A stretch of 64,000 nucleotides of DNA, taken from contig OY760175.1 of the NCBI GenBank assembly GCA_963663165.1, positions 288,001 through 352,000 of the forward strand, read 5' to 3'. The notes beneath the pieces are model-generated. The model searched no databases, was not told where the DNA came from, and saw only the letters and a list, made by a program, of their open reading frames with translations. The position numbers and the translations under genes are program-made. The DNA is from an uncultured Desulfospira sp. GTDB lineage: Bacteria > Desulfobacterota > Desulfobacteria > Desulfobacterales > Desulfobacteraceae. Each line of letters starts with the position of its first letter. Position 1 is the stretch's first letter. This document shows positions 51,053 through 60,520 of this stretch, piece by piece.

Positions 51053-51418
51053 GATTTTTATTCCTTTACCGTAAAAACAGGTTGTGGTTTCAGCAGTTAA
51101 TTCTCATTTTTTTTTGTGTTTATACCAGCTGTCTGCTGTATTCGTAAACCTTTCCCTTGAATCATTTTTTTTCTTTACACCCGCTTGCGGCCGTCATATT
51201 ACCGGACAGGCGCGTTTCTCTGTCTTTTTTTGCACCACCGAAAAAAAAGAGTATAAAATGAAAAACCTGATGGGGATGGTCTGTCTGGGGATAGGGCTTT
51301 AAAATAAGGGCTGCGCGTTTGGAAATGAGACCGTTGAACCGGTAGGAGAAGGGGCAGCCCTAAAGGAACTGGAAGGGCTCAAGTTCTTCGGGCCGCTTGA
51401 ATAAATACCTGCCAAAGC

Positions 51419-53243
51419 TTAAGAAACGCTTTTTCCCGTTAACCGGCGGGCCAGCAAGGTGCAGTTGTCATCGGCCAGACAGTGGGTAATTTCCCGGCTG
51501 AGCGTTTCGCCCATCATGGTTTCCTCGTCCACAACCACGGTGGCTCCGGCCTGTTTAAGATCGTTAAAATGCCGGTTGTACCGGCTGCGGGCCACGATGG
51601 GCAGGGTGGGGGAAAGGCGTTTCATGGCCGCAATAATCTGAACGCAGATTTTGGCATCCGGCACGGTAACAACGGCCAGGCAGGCCTGTGAAAGGCCCGC
51701 GTGGTTCAGTATCTCCTCACTGGCCGCATCCCCCAGGAACAGCGGTGCGTCATGCCGGGCTGCAAAACGGCTTCCCTGGGGGTTTACGTCAATAATGACC
51801 GGGGTCATCCCGCTGGTGTTTAATGTTTGCACCACCTGCCTGCCGGCCGGTCCCAATCCCACCACCACCACCCGGTCTTTTTCATCAGGCACCGGGGCCA
51901 AAGCCTGGTGTTCAACGCTATCCCCCTTTCTGCTCAGCCGGTTTAAAATGCTGTTGCTCAGGGGAAGGGCCATGGACACCATGTAAGGGGTGGCCAGCAT
52001 CAAAAGGATGGTCACTGAAATGATGTAATCCATGAAGACCGTCCCGATAAGCCCGCCGTCCCTGGCCGCCGCCGCAAGGACAAAGGAAAATTCACCAATC
52101 TGCGCCAGCACAATTCCTGTGGCCAGGGCATGCCGCCGGTCCAGGCCAAAGAGCCGGGTTACCCCGTAAATGATCCCGGCTTTAAACACAAAAATCAGGG
52201 CGGCCAGAGGTAAAATTAAATAGTGTCTGAACGAAAACCCGTGTTTGGGCGAAAAGTTGCCCAGATGCAAGGCGCAAAAAAAATTTGCAACCGGAGCAAC
52301 CATAGGGGTTGTGAGGATTGCAAATTTTTTTGCAACGCAGCAGATGGGCGACTTTTCGTTCAAACACTAAATAAATGTGGGAGATGAACCATAACGGTTT
52401 GATGAACATGCCCACAGAGGCAAAAAACAAGGTGACCATTAAAATTTTCAAAGACCCGATATCAGCGCGGACCTGGGTGGCAAAAGGGGATTCGCCAAGC
52501 AGCATGCCGGCCACAAAAGCGCCCAAAGCAGGGGATATCCCCGCCGCGTGGGCGGCCCAGGTGGCGCCAAGCCCTGTGGACACCGCAAACAATACGGTCA
52601 GTTCCCGGTTGCCGAAAACCGCACTTGAGGACAACAGCCGGGGAATCAGGTGGAACAAAAGGATATACAACACCGCGGCAAGGCCGCAAACGGCAGCCAG
52701 CAGGTTTAAAAGGTGGGCCCCGGTTCCGGAAGTACCGCTTGACGGCGACAAAAGGCTGATCAGGATGACCAGAGGAACAATGGCCATGTCCTGAAACAGG
52801 AGAATCCCCAGGCTGGTCCGGCCATGGACGGATTCCATTTCAGCCCGGTCCACCAGGACCCTGAGGACAATGGTGGTGGAACTCAGCGCCATAAGTGCCC
52901 CCAAAGCAAGGGCTTTGGGCAGGGCTGAAAAGAAAACTCCCCCCAGGGCTGTCAAGGCAATGGTGATCCCCACCTGCAAAGCACCGCCCCCAAAGGCTGT
53001 TTTGCCCATCCGGCGCAATTGTCTGAATGAAAATTCAAGCCCGATGGAAAACAGCAGCAACGAGACACCAAGTTCGGCCATCTGGCTGATCATTTCGGCA
53101 TTGTCAATGACAGGGCCGGCCAGAACCCCGGCCGATATATACCCAAGAATGGGGCTTTGCCTGAACTTCTGGGCCAGGCTGCCCAAGGCAAAGGCCATGC
53201 CAAAAATGACCACCAGTTCCAGTAACACATACCAAAGATCCAT
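51419..53243 (-). pseudogene. Kef-type K+/H+ antiporter (CPA2 + TrkA-N), frameshifted by MITE insertion
   Basis: ORFs 52182-53342 and 51419-52363 join in frame (..FISHIY-LILPLAAL..) after removing 151 bp; motifs LLFSIGLE, LSST, LFQD, LAQIGEFSFV, VVGLGPAG. Confidence 0.9.
52223..52367. mobile_element. MITE family A, copy 3 (145 bp), 6-bp TSD TAAATA
   Basis: reverse complement of 40687-40831 with no difference seen by eye; TAAATA at 52217-52222 and 52368-52373. Confidence 0.95.
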
Positions 53244-53414
53244 GGGACGTCTCCGTTTGTTAGCGGTGTTTGAGATGTTTAAAATGGTAACTTTTGTTAC
53301 CGTCATTGGTTCAGCGGGGAACACCCGGGTGCCATGTGTCAAAGAAATGGGATTCGCCCTTGAAAAAAATCATATCATCAGCCCTAAAAATGGGTCAACC
53401 CGTGATGTGCTTTT

Positions 53415-53631
53415 TATAACCGTCACGGACGGCTTGGATTATCCAACCAAGAATCGCCCACAACGAAAAATGAAAGTCTTTTCAGCTTGTTAGTGAGACT
53501 TTCTTATAAAGAAACTGGAGACAAGAAACAAGAGACAAGAGGGCGAAGCACCTGCGGTGCCCAATTTATAGTCTACCGTTGCTGGTATCTTCAGTTTCAT
53601 TATTCGTTGTGGGCTTCGCCCACGCTTTATA
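53415..53631. repeat. chain of modules C5 (53419-53508), D2 (53509-53570) and inverted C-variant (53571-53631), joined at TATA
   Basis: TATA at 53415, 53505, 53567 and 53628; D2 matches 14630-14684. Confidence 0.8.
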
Positions 53632-53990
53632 TTTAACCACAGAGGTGCACAGAGAAACACTTTAGTTTCAGTGCTGCGCACTGAAATTGCATTCAGTCAG
53701 CTTAAACAGCGGGAAAGCTATATGCGATTGCCCTGGGCCGGCCTCTGGAAATTTGTAAAGACGGGTTTACACCATGAAAGAAAACCGGACGATTCGATAT
53801 GGAAGACAACGCCGGGCGCCTTTTTTAAGCCGGCCTTTTGCACCCGGAAACCCCATGGATTCAGCGGCTTTGGATAATTGTCCCTGGGGTCGGGTCATGG
53901 CATTGATATTGCTCTTAATTTAGAATAGAGGGTCGTTTCAGGGACCAGATGGTTTGCACCATCAATCTTAATTAAAAAAGGGGGGACGCC

Positions 53991-54737
53991 ATGAATGAAA
54001 CGTTAAAAACCGATTATAAACCGGGGGATTACGGGAAAAAAAGAATGAGTGCGGCCCAGTGGGCAGATGTCCATGCCAAACAGTGGGGCCACACCTCAGG
54101 CCTCCGGGCCGGAGAAATAGAACAGCCTGAAAAAGGGGCTTTTCCCTGTATTTGTGTGTCACGGCAGATCGGGGTGGGGGCCCTGGAAATTGCAGACCTG
54201 TTATCTGAAAAAATTGCCTGCCGGGTGATTGACCGGGAAATTCTGGAGTATATGGCAAAGGAAAAGAATCTGTCTGAAAAATCAGTGGCCTATTTTGACG
54301 AGCGGTATCCCGGACTGATGAGCGAGCTGTTTTCCATGCTGATCAGTGAAAAAACATTTTTAAAAAGTGATTATGCCAGGCAGCTGGCCAAAACCGTTAT
54401 GGCCCTGGCCGGCATTGAATCAACGGTTTTTGTCGGGCGGGGAACCCACCTGATCCTGCCAAGAAGCCGGGTTTTGGCGGTCAGACTCATTGCCAGCAGG
54501 GAATACCGGATCGACCGGGTGGCCCGGCTGCTGAACATCAGAAGAACAGATGCCGGGGCTCATCTCAACACCATGGACACGGAACAGGCTGAGTTCTTTA
54601 AAACCGTTTTCGGCAAAACCGGATCGGATCCCCAGGAATTTGATCTGGTGATAAACCTGGAATACGTGAAAGAGGCATCGGATACGGCTGAAATAATAGC
54701 ATGTGCCTTCAGGCAAAAGTTTGGTCCTAAGGAATAA
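53991..54737 (+). CDS. cytidylate kinase-like family protein
   Basis: VSRQIGVGA, IDREIL, VFVGRG, FDLVIN. Confidence 0.85.
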   Translation: MNETLKTDYKPGDYGKKRMSAAQWADVHAKQWGHTSGLRAGEIEQPEKGAFPCICVSRQIGVGALEIADLLSEKIACRVIDREILEYMAKEKNLSEKSVAYFDERYPGLMSELFSMLISEKTFLKSDYARQLAKTVMALAGIESTVFVGRGTHLILPRSRVLAVRLIASREYRIDRVARLLNIRRTDAGAHLNTMDTEQAEFFKTVFGKTGSDPQEFDLVINLEYVKEASDTAEIIACAFRQKFGPKE

Positions 54738-54790
54738 CTCTCAGGCGGTTTTACACAAAGGCGTCTGTTTCGGATAAAAGAGGGAAATTT

Positions 54791-55396
54791 ATGAGCAGTG
54801 AGCAACATCTTTACTGGCATACCGCCAGCGTATCCAATCTGGACCGGGAAGCACTTTTGGGGCAGAAAGGTGCCATGATCTGGTTTACCGGGCTGTCCGC
54901 TTCGGGCAAGTCCACCCTGGCCAACGCCACCGCACTGGCCCTGCATGGATATCGAAAACTGACCTTTGTACTGGACGGAGACAATATCCGGCAGGGCCTG
55001 AACCAGAATTTGGGGTTTTCTCCCGGGGACCGGGAGGAAAATATCCGCCGGATCGCCCATGTGGGGAAGCTGTTTACCGACGCCGGTATTATTGTCCTGA
55101 CCGCCTTTATTTCCCCTTACCAGAAAGACAGGGATCTGGCCCGGATATTGACAGCACCGGGCCGGTTTATCGAGGTTCATGTGGACGCTTCGGTGCCCAC
55201 CTGTGAAAACCGGGATCAAAAAGGGCTTTACCAAAAGGCCCGTGCCGGTGAAATTCCTGAGTTTACCGGGGTCAGCGCGCCTTACGAAGCACCGGAAAAC
55301 CCTGAAATCCGCATCGACGCCAACAGCCTGACCATTGACCAGGGGCGGGACCAGATCCTGGCCTTTTTGAAGGACCGGGGCTTTGTCTTTTATTGA
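54791..55396 (+). CDS. cysC: adenylyl-sulfate kinase
   Basis: WFTGLSASGKST, LDGDNIR, DREENIRR, FISPY, KGLYQKARAGEI.EFTGVSAPYE. Confidence 0.95.
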   Translation: MSSEQHLYWHTASVSNLDREALLGQKGAMIWFTGLSASGKSTLANATALALHGYRKLTFVLDGDNIRQGLNQNLGFSPGDREENIRRIAHVGKLFTDAGIIVLTAFISPYQKDRDLARILTAPGRFIEVHVDASVPTCENRDQKGLYQKARAGEIPEFTGVSAPYEAPENPEIRIDANSLTIDQGRDQILAFLKDRGFVFY

Positions 55397-55453
55397 AAAT
55401 GCCGCTCCATAAATGAAGGCCTTTTCAGACGGTTGATGAGATGTTGATACACA

Positions 55454-55517
55454 AGGCTATTTTAACCCCTATTCCAAAATAGCCTTGACTATTTTGGAAT
55501 AGGGGTTAAAATAGCCT
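55454..55517. promoter_or_regulatory. perfect 29-bp-arm palindrome overlapping a TTGACT-N16-TAAAAT promoter
   Basis: AGGCTATTTTAACCCCTATTCCAAAATAG-ccttga-CTATTTTGGAATAGGGGTTAAAATAGCCT; -35 at 55485, -10 at 55507, ATG at 55519. Confidence 0.8.
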
Positions 55518-55518
55518 C

Positions 55519-56634
55519 ATGCGATACATTGAACCGCACATTCTTCAGGATCTTGAACGAAAAATGGTTTTTGTCGGCGGCCCCCGGCAGGTGGGAAAAA
55601 CCACCATGGCCAAACGGCTGCTGGGTCAGATGGACTTTGGCGGGCGGTATTTTAACTGGGATTTTGATGAAGACCGGCAGGATCTTCTGGCCAAAAAGTG
55701 GCAGCAAGACGGCAGCCTGGTGGTTTTTGACGAACTTCACAAGCATCCCAACTGGAAAAACTGGGTCAAAGGGATATACGATACATGCCAGAACAAAAAC
55801 CGCTTTCTGGTGACTGGGTCGGCACGGCTGGACGTCTACCGGAAGGGGGGAGACTCTCTTTTGGGACGGTATCATTATTGGCGGCTTCACCCCTTTGGAC
55901 TGGATGAGTTCCCCGAGAAAATGAGTGCCCGGGAGGCCTTTGATCGGCTGATGCGGGTGGGCGGTTTCCCTGAACCTTTTTTGGACGGAGATGAGCGGCA
56001 GGCGAGACGCTGGCGCAGGGAGAAAATTGACCGGGTGGTGCGCGAGGATATCAGGGATCTGGAACCGGTCCGGGATATCTCCCGGTTAAGCCTGCTGATT
56101 GACCAGTTGCGCAGCCGTGTCGGGAGTATCGTGGTGGTATCCAATCTTGCCGGGGAAATTCAGGTGTCGCCCAAGACCGTTTCCAACTGGCTGGATGTCC
56201 TGGAGCGGATGTACCTTGTTTTTGCCGTCCGCCCCTATACAAGAAATCTTCCTAGAGCCGTTGTAAAACCGCCAAAAGTGTTTTTCTGTGACAACGCCGA
56301 TGTCATTGGCGATGACGGGGCTGTATTTGAGAATCTTGTTGCCACCCATCTGTTAAAACGAATCCATTTTCTTCAGGACCGGGACGGTTACCAATACGAG
56401 TTAAGATATATCCGGGACAAAGAGGGCAGGGAAGTTGACTTTCTTATCCTCAAAGAGGGCAAAATTGAAGAACTGGTTGAAGCCAAATACTCGGATGATA
56501 CAGTGTCAAGGCACCTGACCTACTATGCTGAAAAACTCACCCCCCCCAAAGTCACACAGATTGTGGCCAACTTAAAGCACCCCTTTAGCAGTGGTAAAAT
56601 TAGCGTGGTGGATCCGATATCTTATTTTAGATAA
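55519..56634 (+). CDS. AAA_14 ATPase with DUF4143 (PD-(D/E)xK-like) C-terminus (COG1373)
   Basis: GPRQVGKTT, VFDELH, VTGSA, GGFPE, FENLV, REVDF..VEAK. Confidence 0.88.
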   Translation: MRYIEPHILQDLERKMVFVGGPRQVGKTTMAKRLLGQMDFGGRYFNWDFDEDRQDLLAKKWQQDGSLVVFDELHKHPNWKNWVKGIYDTCQNKNRFLVTGSARLDVYRKGGDSLLGRYHYWRLHPFGLDEFPEKMSAREAFDRLMRVGGFPEPFLDGDERQARRWRREKIDRVVREDIRDLEPVRDISRLSLLIDQLRSRVGSIVVVSNLAGEIQVSPKTVSNWLDVLERMYLVFAVRPYTRNLPRAVVKPPKVFFCDNADVIGDDGAVFENLVATHLLKRIHFLQDRDGYQYELRYIRDKEGREVDFLILKEGKIEELVEAKYSDDTVSRHLTYYAEKLTPPKVTQIVANLKHPFSSGKISVVDPISYFR

Positions 56635-56672
56635 ACGCATTTGGCTTCGGAGTACTTGTAAACCGGCGTGTC

Positions 56673-57128
56673 TTATCCCCGGGGCCGGGCCTTCCAGCCG
56701 TATGCAAGGCCAAACAGCCCGAAGATAACGCTGATCCCTGTGATGATCCCCTGGGGCCGGGACGCTTTTGGGGGAGCGGATGGGGATGACTGAGCGGCTG
56801 TAAGGTTGCCTTTATCATCGCCTATTTCCTGCTCCAGGGCCAGCCGGTGGCCCATGCCATCCTGGACAACAATCTGCCATTTTCCTTTTTGGTCGGGTCG
56901 GAACATGAACTGCCCGTTACGGTCTGTCCGGCCTTTCTGGAAAACCGGGCCGTTGTCCGGCCCGGTAATTTCCACAGCCGCGTAGCTCATGGGTTCCCCG
57001 TCATCGTATCCGGCAGTAACCAGGATGCCTGAAGTGGTTTCAGTAGACCCTTCTGTCCCGTGTCCCCATGCCGGGACTGCTATGGCCAATACCACCAGAA
57101 AACCAAATACATACGGCATTTTTTTCAT
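56673..57128 (-). CDS. Ni/Co uptake accessory protein (NikL/CbiL-like)
   Basis: signal peptide ending AWG-H, YDDGEPM, GRTDRNG, DGMGH, C-terminal TM. Confidence 0.7.
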   Translation of the reverse strand: MKKMPYVFGFLVVLAIAVPAWGHGTEGSTETTSGILVTAGYDDGEPMSYAAVEITGPDNGPVFQKGRTDRNGQFMFRPDQKGKWQIVVQDGMGHRLALEQEIGDDKGNLTAAQSSPSAPPKASRPQGIITGISVIFGLFGLAYGWKARPRG

Positions 57129-57150
57129 GTATTCTTCCTAAATATGAGGG

Positions 57151-57903
57151 TTATCCTTTTACCTTTAAAAAACAGGTGGTTGTCAGGCTGGCATCGGTGT
57201 ACAGGTCTGATACGGTGTCCGGCGATTTGTGCCGTGCGATCAGAAGATACCGGCCGGGCTCCTCAAATTTAACGTTAAAATTTCCCTGGTCATCGGTTTC
57301 AAAAATTTTATAGTTGACGTCGCCGCCGTTATCAGGGGCATGGGTTAGGTTGACCTTGGTTTCGGGCAGTGGTTTTAAGTCATATTCCAGGTTGAATAAG
57401 ATCTCATCGCCGGTGTGCGGGTGTTTCCATCCTTCAGGTATCAGACGCAGGTCCAGTTCCGGCATGGTGTCCATTTGGTTTTCAGAAGGCCCATGCCCCA
57501 CCCGCAACGCCAGATGGGAGAACTGGGTGTATAAAGAGGCGGTTTTGGCATCGGGAAAATCCTTTAAATTGCCGATGTGATAGTTGCCTTCCTGGTCAAC
57601 CACATAAGAGCCCACATACTTGCAGACAAAATGGTAAAGACCGGATGTCTCAGGGACCACATTAAACACATAGCAATTGTCTTCCTGGCCGCTGACCGAA
57701 AGATCCTGCTGTTTGCCGTCAGGGGAAACAAAAAAAGCCGACAGCCCGTCTTTTCGGGCCAGCCCGTCGCTGACCATGTTGTGTCCCCAGTTAAAATACA
57801 ATTGAACGGTATCGCCTTCATGGATATGGGTGGTAGACGGTTCCAGCCATCCTTCATGTCCGTAAACCATCAGATCGGTGGTGTCTCTAAATTCAGCTGA
57901 CAT
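57151..57903 (-). CDS. DUF4198 domain protein (Ni/Co uptake-associated)
   Basis: HEGWLEP..WGH, TDDQG..PGRYLLIARH. Confidence 0.7.
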   Translation of the reverse strand: MSAEFRDTTDLMVYGHEGWLEPSTTHIHEGDTVQLYFNWGHNMVSDGLARKDGLSAFFVSPDGKQQDLSVSGQEDNCYVFNVVPETSGLYHFVCKYVGSYVVDQEGNYHIGNLKDFPDAKTASLYTQFSHLALRVGHGPSENQMDTMPELDLRLIPEGWKHPHTGDEILFNLEYDLKPLPETKVNLTHAPDNGGDVNYKIFETDDQGNFNVKFEEPGRYLLIARHKSPDTVSDLYTDASLTTTCFLKVKG

Positions 57904-57920
57904 AATTTCTCCTTTAAAAG

Positions 57921-58571
57921 TTATTTATTTTTAATGCCTTTGAACACATACCAATGGCTGCCGTGATGCCCTCTGGGCAGTTTGTCAAGAAGCACGGCCT
58001 CCACGGCAACAAAGCCTGAGTCCTCAAAGTGGCGGGTGATTTTGCTCACGGCCGCGCCTTTGAGAGGCAGCATATCCTCAATTTCCTGGCTGTAATGATT
58101 GAATGATACATCCCCGCCCACACTGCAGAAACAGACCAGCTTTCCCCCGGGTTTCAACACCCGGAACCACTCTTTAAAGGATTTGACCGGTTCCAGCAGG
58201 GTCCATAAAACGTGGCGGTTGGTCACCACATCACAGCTGTTATCGTCAAAAGGCAGATCAATGAGGTCCCCCCGGATAAATTCCAGGTTAAGTCCCCGCC
58301 GGGCCGCATGATATTTGCCAAGTTCCATCATGCCGTCTGAAATATCCACGGCCTGGCAGTCATATCCCAAGGCGGCGATTCTTAAGGAAAGAAAACCGGT
58401 TCCGGCCCCTACATCAACGACTTTTTGGTGTTTTTCTTCTCCAAGATGGGTGGAAATAACCTGTTTCCAGACCGCATCATCCTCTTCTTTGGCGCTGCCG
58501 TTATGCCTGGCATCATAATTTTCAGCGTGAGTGTTCCAGCGTTCTTCAACGGCTTTTAAAGCATCAGTCAT
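57921..58571 (-). CDS. class I SAM-dependent methyltransferase
   Basis: VDVGAGTG, LPFDDNSCDVV, RVLKPGG. Confidence 0.88.
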   Translation of the reverse strand: MTDALKAVEERWNTHAENYDARHNGSAKEEDDAVWKQVISTHLGEEKHQKVVDVGAGTGFLSLRIAALGYDCQAVDISDGMMELGKYHAARRGLNLEFIRGDLIDLPFDDNSCDVVTNRHVLWTLLEPVKSFKEWFRVLKPGGKLVCFCSVGGDVSFNHYSQEIEDMLPLKGAAVSKITRHFEDSGFVAVEAVLLDKLPRGHHGSHWYVFKGIKNK

Positions 58572-58611
58572 ATAACGTCTCCTTTGTATTGATTTTCAAA
58601 CCTTGAGGGCC

Positions 58612-59589
58612 TTAGGAAAAGCCAGGCCCCCAAATCCGGTGGCAGGCGACTTTCCGGCCGGCCACTTCCTTTAGCTGGGGTTTTTCCCGTTCACAAAGCG
58701 GGACCCGCAGGGGGCACCGGGGGTGAAAGGCGCATCCTGTCGGGGTAAATCCCGGATCGGGAGGCTCCCCGGTAATGCCAAGTTTACGGGTTCTTTTCTT
58801 TCGCGGGTCCAAACAGAGCAGGGAAGCAAACAGCATTTTCGTGTAAGGGTGAAGCGGGTTTTGAAAGATGCTTTCGGTGATGCCGGTTTCCATGAACCTG
58901 CCCAGGTACATGACCGCCATGCGCTGGGACATGAACCGGACCATGCGCAGGTTGTGGGAAATATAGAGCAAGGCCGTTCCCCGGTTTCTTTTGGTGGTAT
59001 CCAGCAGCTTCAGGATCTGGGCCTGAACCGATAAATCCAGGGACGCGGCCGGCTCGTCGGCCACAATGAACCGAGGTTCCTGGAGCAGGGCCCTGGCAAT
59101 CCCGATCCGCTGGCGCTGGCCGCCGGAAAGTTCATGGGGATGCCGCCGCAGCAGCTCTGTGCCGATATTTACCCGGTACATGATCCGGAGTATTTTCTGT
59201 TGCCGTTCTGTCTGGGCAATTTTTTTGAGTTTTAAGGGTTCTTCCAGAATACGGTATACCGAATATCTCGGGTCCAGAGAGTTGTCCGCATCCTGGTAGA
59301 CCATCTGCATCTGGGGCCCAAGGGCCTTGATGTCACGCAGCGATAAATGTTTCAGGTTCATGCCGTTAAAAAAAACAGTGCCGGATGTGGGCTCGGCCAG
59401 TTTGAGCAGGATCCGGCCCACAGTGGACTTGCCGCAACCGCTTTCTCCCACAAGGCCAAAGCATTCACCCGGTGAGATGTCAAAAGACACATCATCCACC
59501 GCTTTGACAGGTATGGTCCGGTTAAACAGCCCGGACCCTTCAGGCCTGAATACCTTGGTAAGTCTTTCTGCTGTAATGGTATCCTGCAA
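58612..59589 (-). CDS. peptide/nickel ABC transporter ATP-binding subunit (OppF/NikE-like); probable TTG start
   Basis: GESGCGKS, LSGGQRQR, ADEP, GCAFHPRCP. Confidence 0.9.
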   Translation of the reverse strand: MQDTITAERLTKVFRPEGSGLFNRTIPVKAVDDVSFDISPGECFGLVGESGCGKSTVGRILLKLAEPTSGTVFFNGMNLKHLSLRDIKALGPQMQMVYQDADNSLDPRYSVYRILEEPLKLKKIAQTERQQKILRIMYRVNIGTELLRRHPHELSGGQRQRIGIARALLQEPRFIVADEPAASLDLSVQAQILKLLDTTKRNRGTALLYISHNLRMVRFMSQRMAVMYLGRFMETGITESIFQNPLHPYTKMLFASLLCLDPRKKRTRKLGITGEPPDPGFTPTGCAFHPRCPLRVPLCEREKPQLKEVAGRKVACHRIWGPGFS

Positions 59590-60520
59590 AATAACATCTC
59601 TCCATTCTGGAACCTTCGAAAACAGGCTCAGGCTTCTGGCGCGTGCAGATGCCTTTGGCCTTTTCACACCTTAAATGAAAGGGGCACCCTGAAGGCAGCC
59701 GGGTCAGGCTGGGCACAGTCCCGGGGATAGGGGTAAGGGTTTTTCCTGAGATAACATTCAACAATGCCGTGGAATAGGGATGGCCCGGATTTTGGAAAAA
59801 ATCCAGGACCGGACAGTATTCCATGAGGGTGCCCGCATACATGACCCCGACCATGTCGGACATCTCTGCGGCCACACCCAGATCGTGGGTAATGATGAGG
59901 ACGGAAGTTCCATACCGGTCTTTTAATCCTTTTAACAGGTCCAGGATCTGGCGCTGAACCGTCAGATCAAGGGCCGTTGTCGGCTCGTCGGCAATCAGAA
60001 GTTCCGGGTTGCAGGCCAGGGCCATGGCAATCATAACCCGCTGCTGCATCCCGCCGCTCAATTCATGGGGAAAGTCCGTAATCCTTCGTTTTGGAATCCC
60101 CACTTCCTCCATGAGTTGTTCCGCCTTTGTGCGGGCGGCCTTACCCTGAATGCCGGCGTTGGCCCGCAGGGTTTCGGCAATCTGTTCGCCGATTTTCATC
60201 ACCGGGTTAAGGCAGCTCATGGGCTGCTCAAAAATGACGGCGATCCGGCTGCCCCGGGTTTTTTTCCGCTCCTTTGGGGACATGGAAAGTAAATCCACGC
60301 CCCGGTATAAGATCTGGCCGGTGACCACGGCGTTTTCCGGCAGCAGCCCCGGGATGGACAGGGCGATGACGCTCTTGCCGCAGCCTGATTCGCCCAGCAG
60401 GCAGAAGGTTTGCCCTTCGCTGATGTCAAAACTGACGTGATCCGCCACCTTGACCGGTCCCATCCGGGTCCTGAACTCAATGCTCACGTCCCGCAGCTGG
60501 ATAATCGGCTCAGAATTCAA
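59540..60520 (-). CDS. peptide/nickel ABC transporter ATP-binding subunit (OppD/NikD-like)
   Basis: GESGCGKS, LSGGMQQR, ADEPTTALD. Confidence 0.92.
   Translation of the reverse strand: MNSEPIIQLRDVSIEFRTRMGPVKVADHVSFDISEGQTFCLLGESGCGKSVIALSIPGLLPENAVVTGQILYRGVDLLSMSPKERKKTRGSRIAVIFEQPMSCLNPVMKIGEQIAETLRANAGIQGKAARTKAEQLMEEVGIPKRRITDFPHELSGGMQQRVMIAMALACNPELLIADEPTTALDLTVQRQILDLLKGLKDRYGTSVLIITHDLGVAAEMSDMVGVMYAGTLMEYCPVLDFFQNPGHPYSTALLNVISGKTLTPIPGTVPSLTRLPSGCPFHLRCEKAKGICTRQKPEPVFEGSRMERCYFAGYHYSRKTYQGIQA

Noticed and set aside
51262..51412. Firm call as 6S RNA or Moco riboswitch
   Set aside because: Too short, weak closing stem and not the usual 6S gene context; wrong strand to be a leader of the Mo enzyme. 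Kept only as an unassigned candidate.
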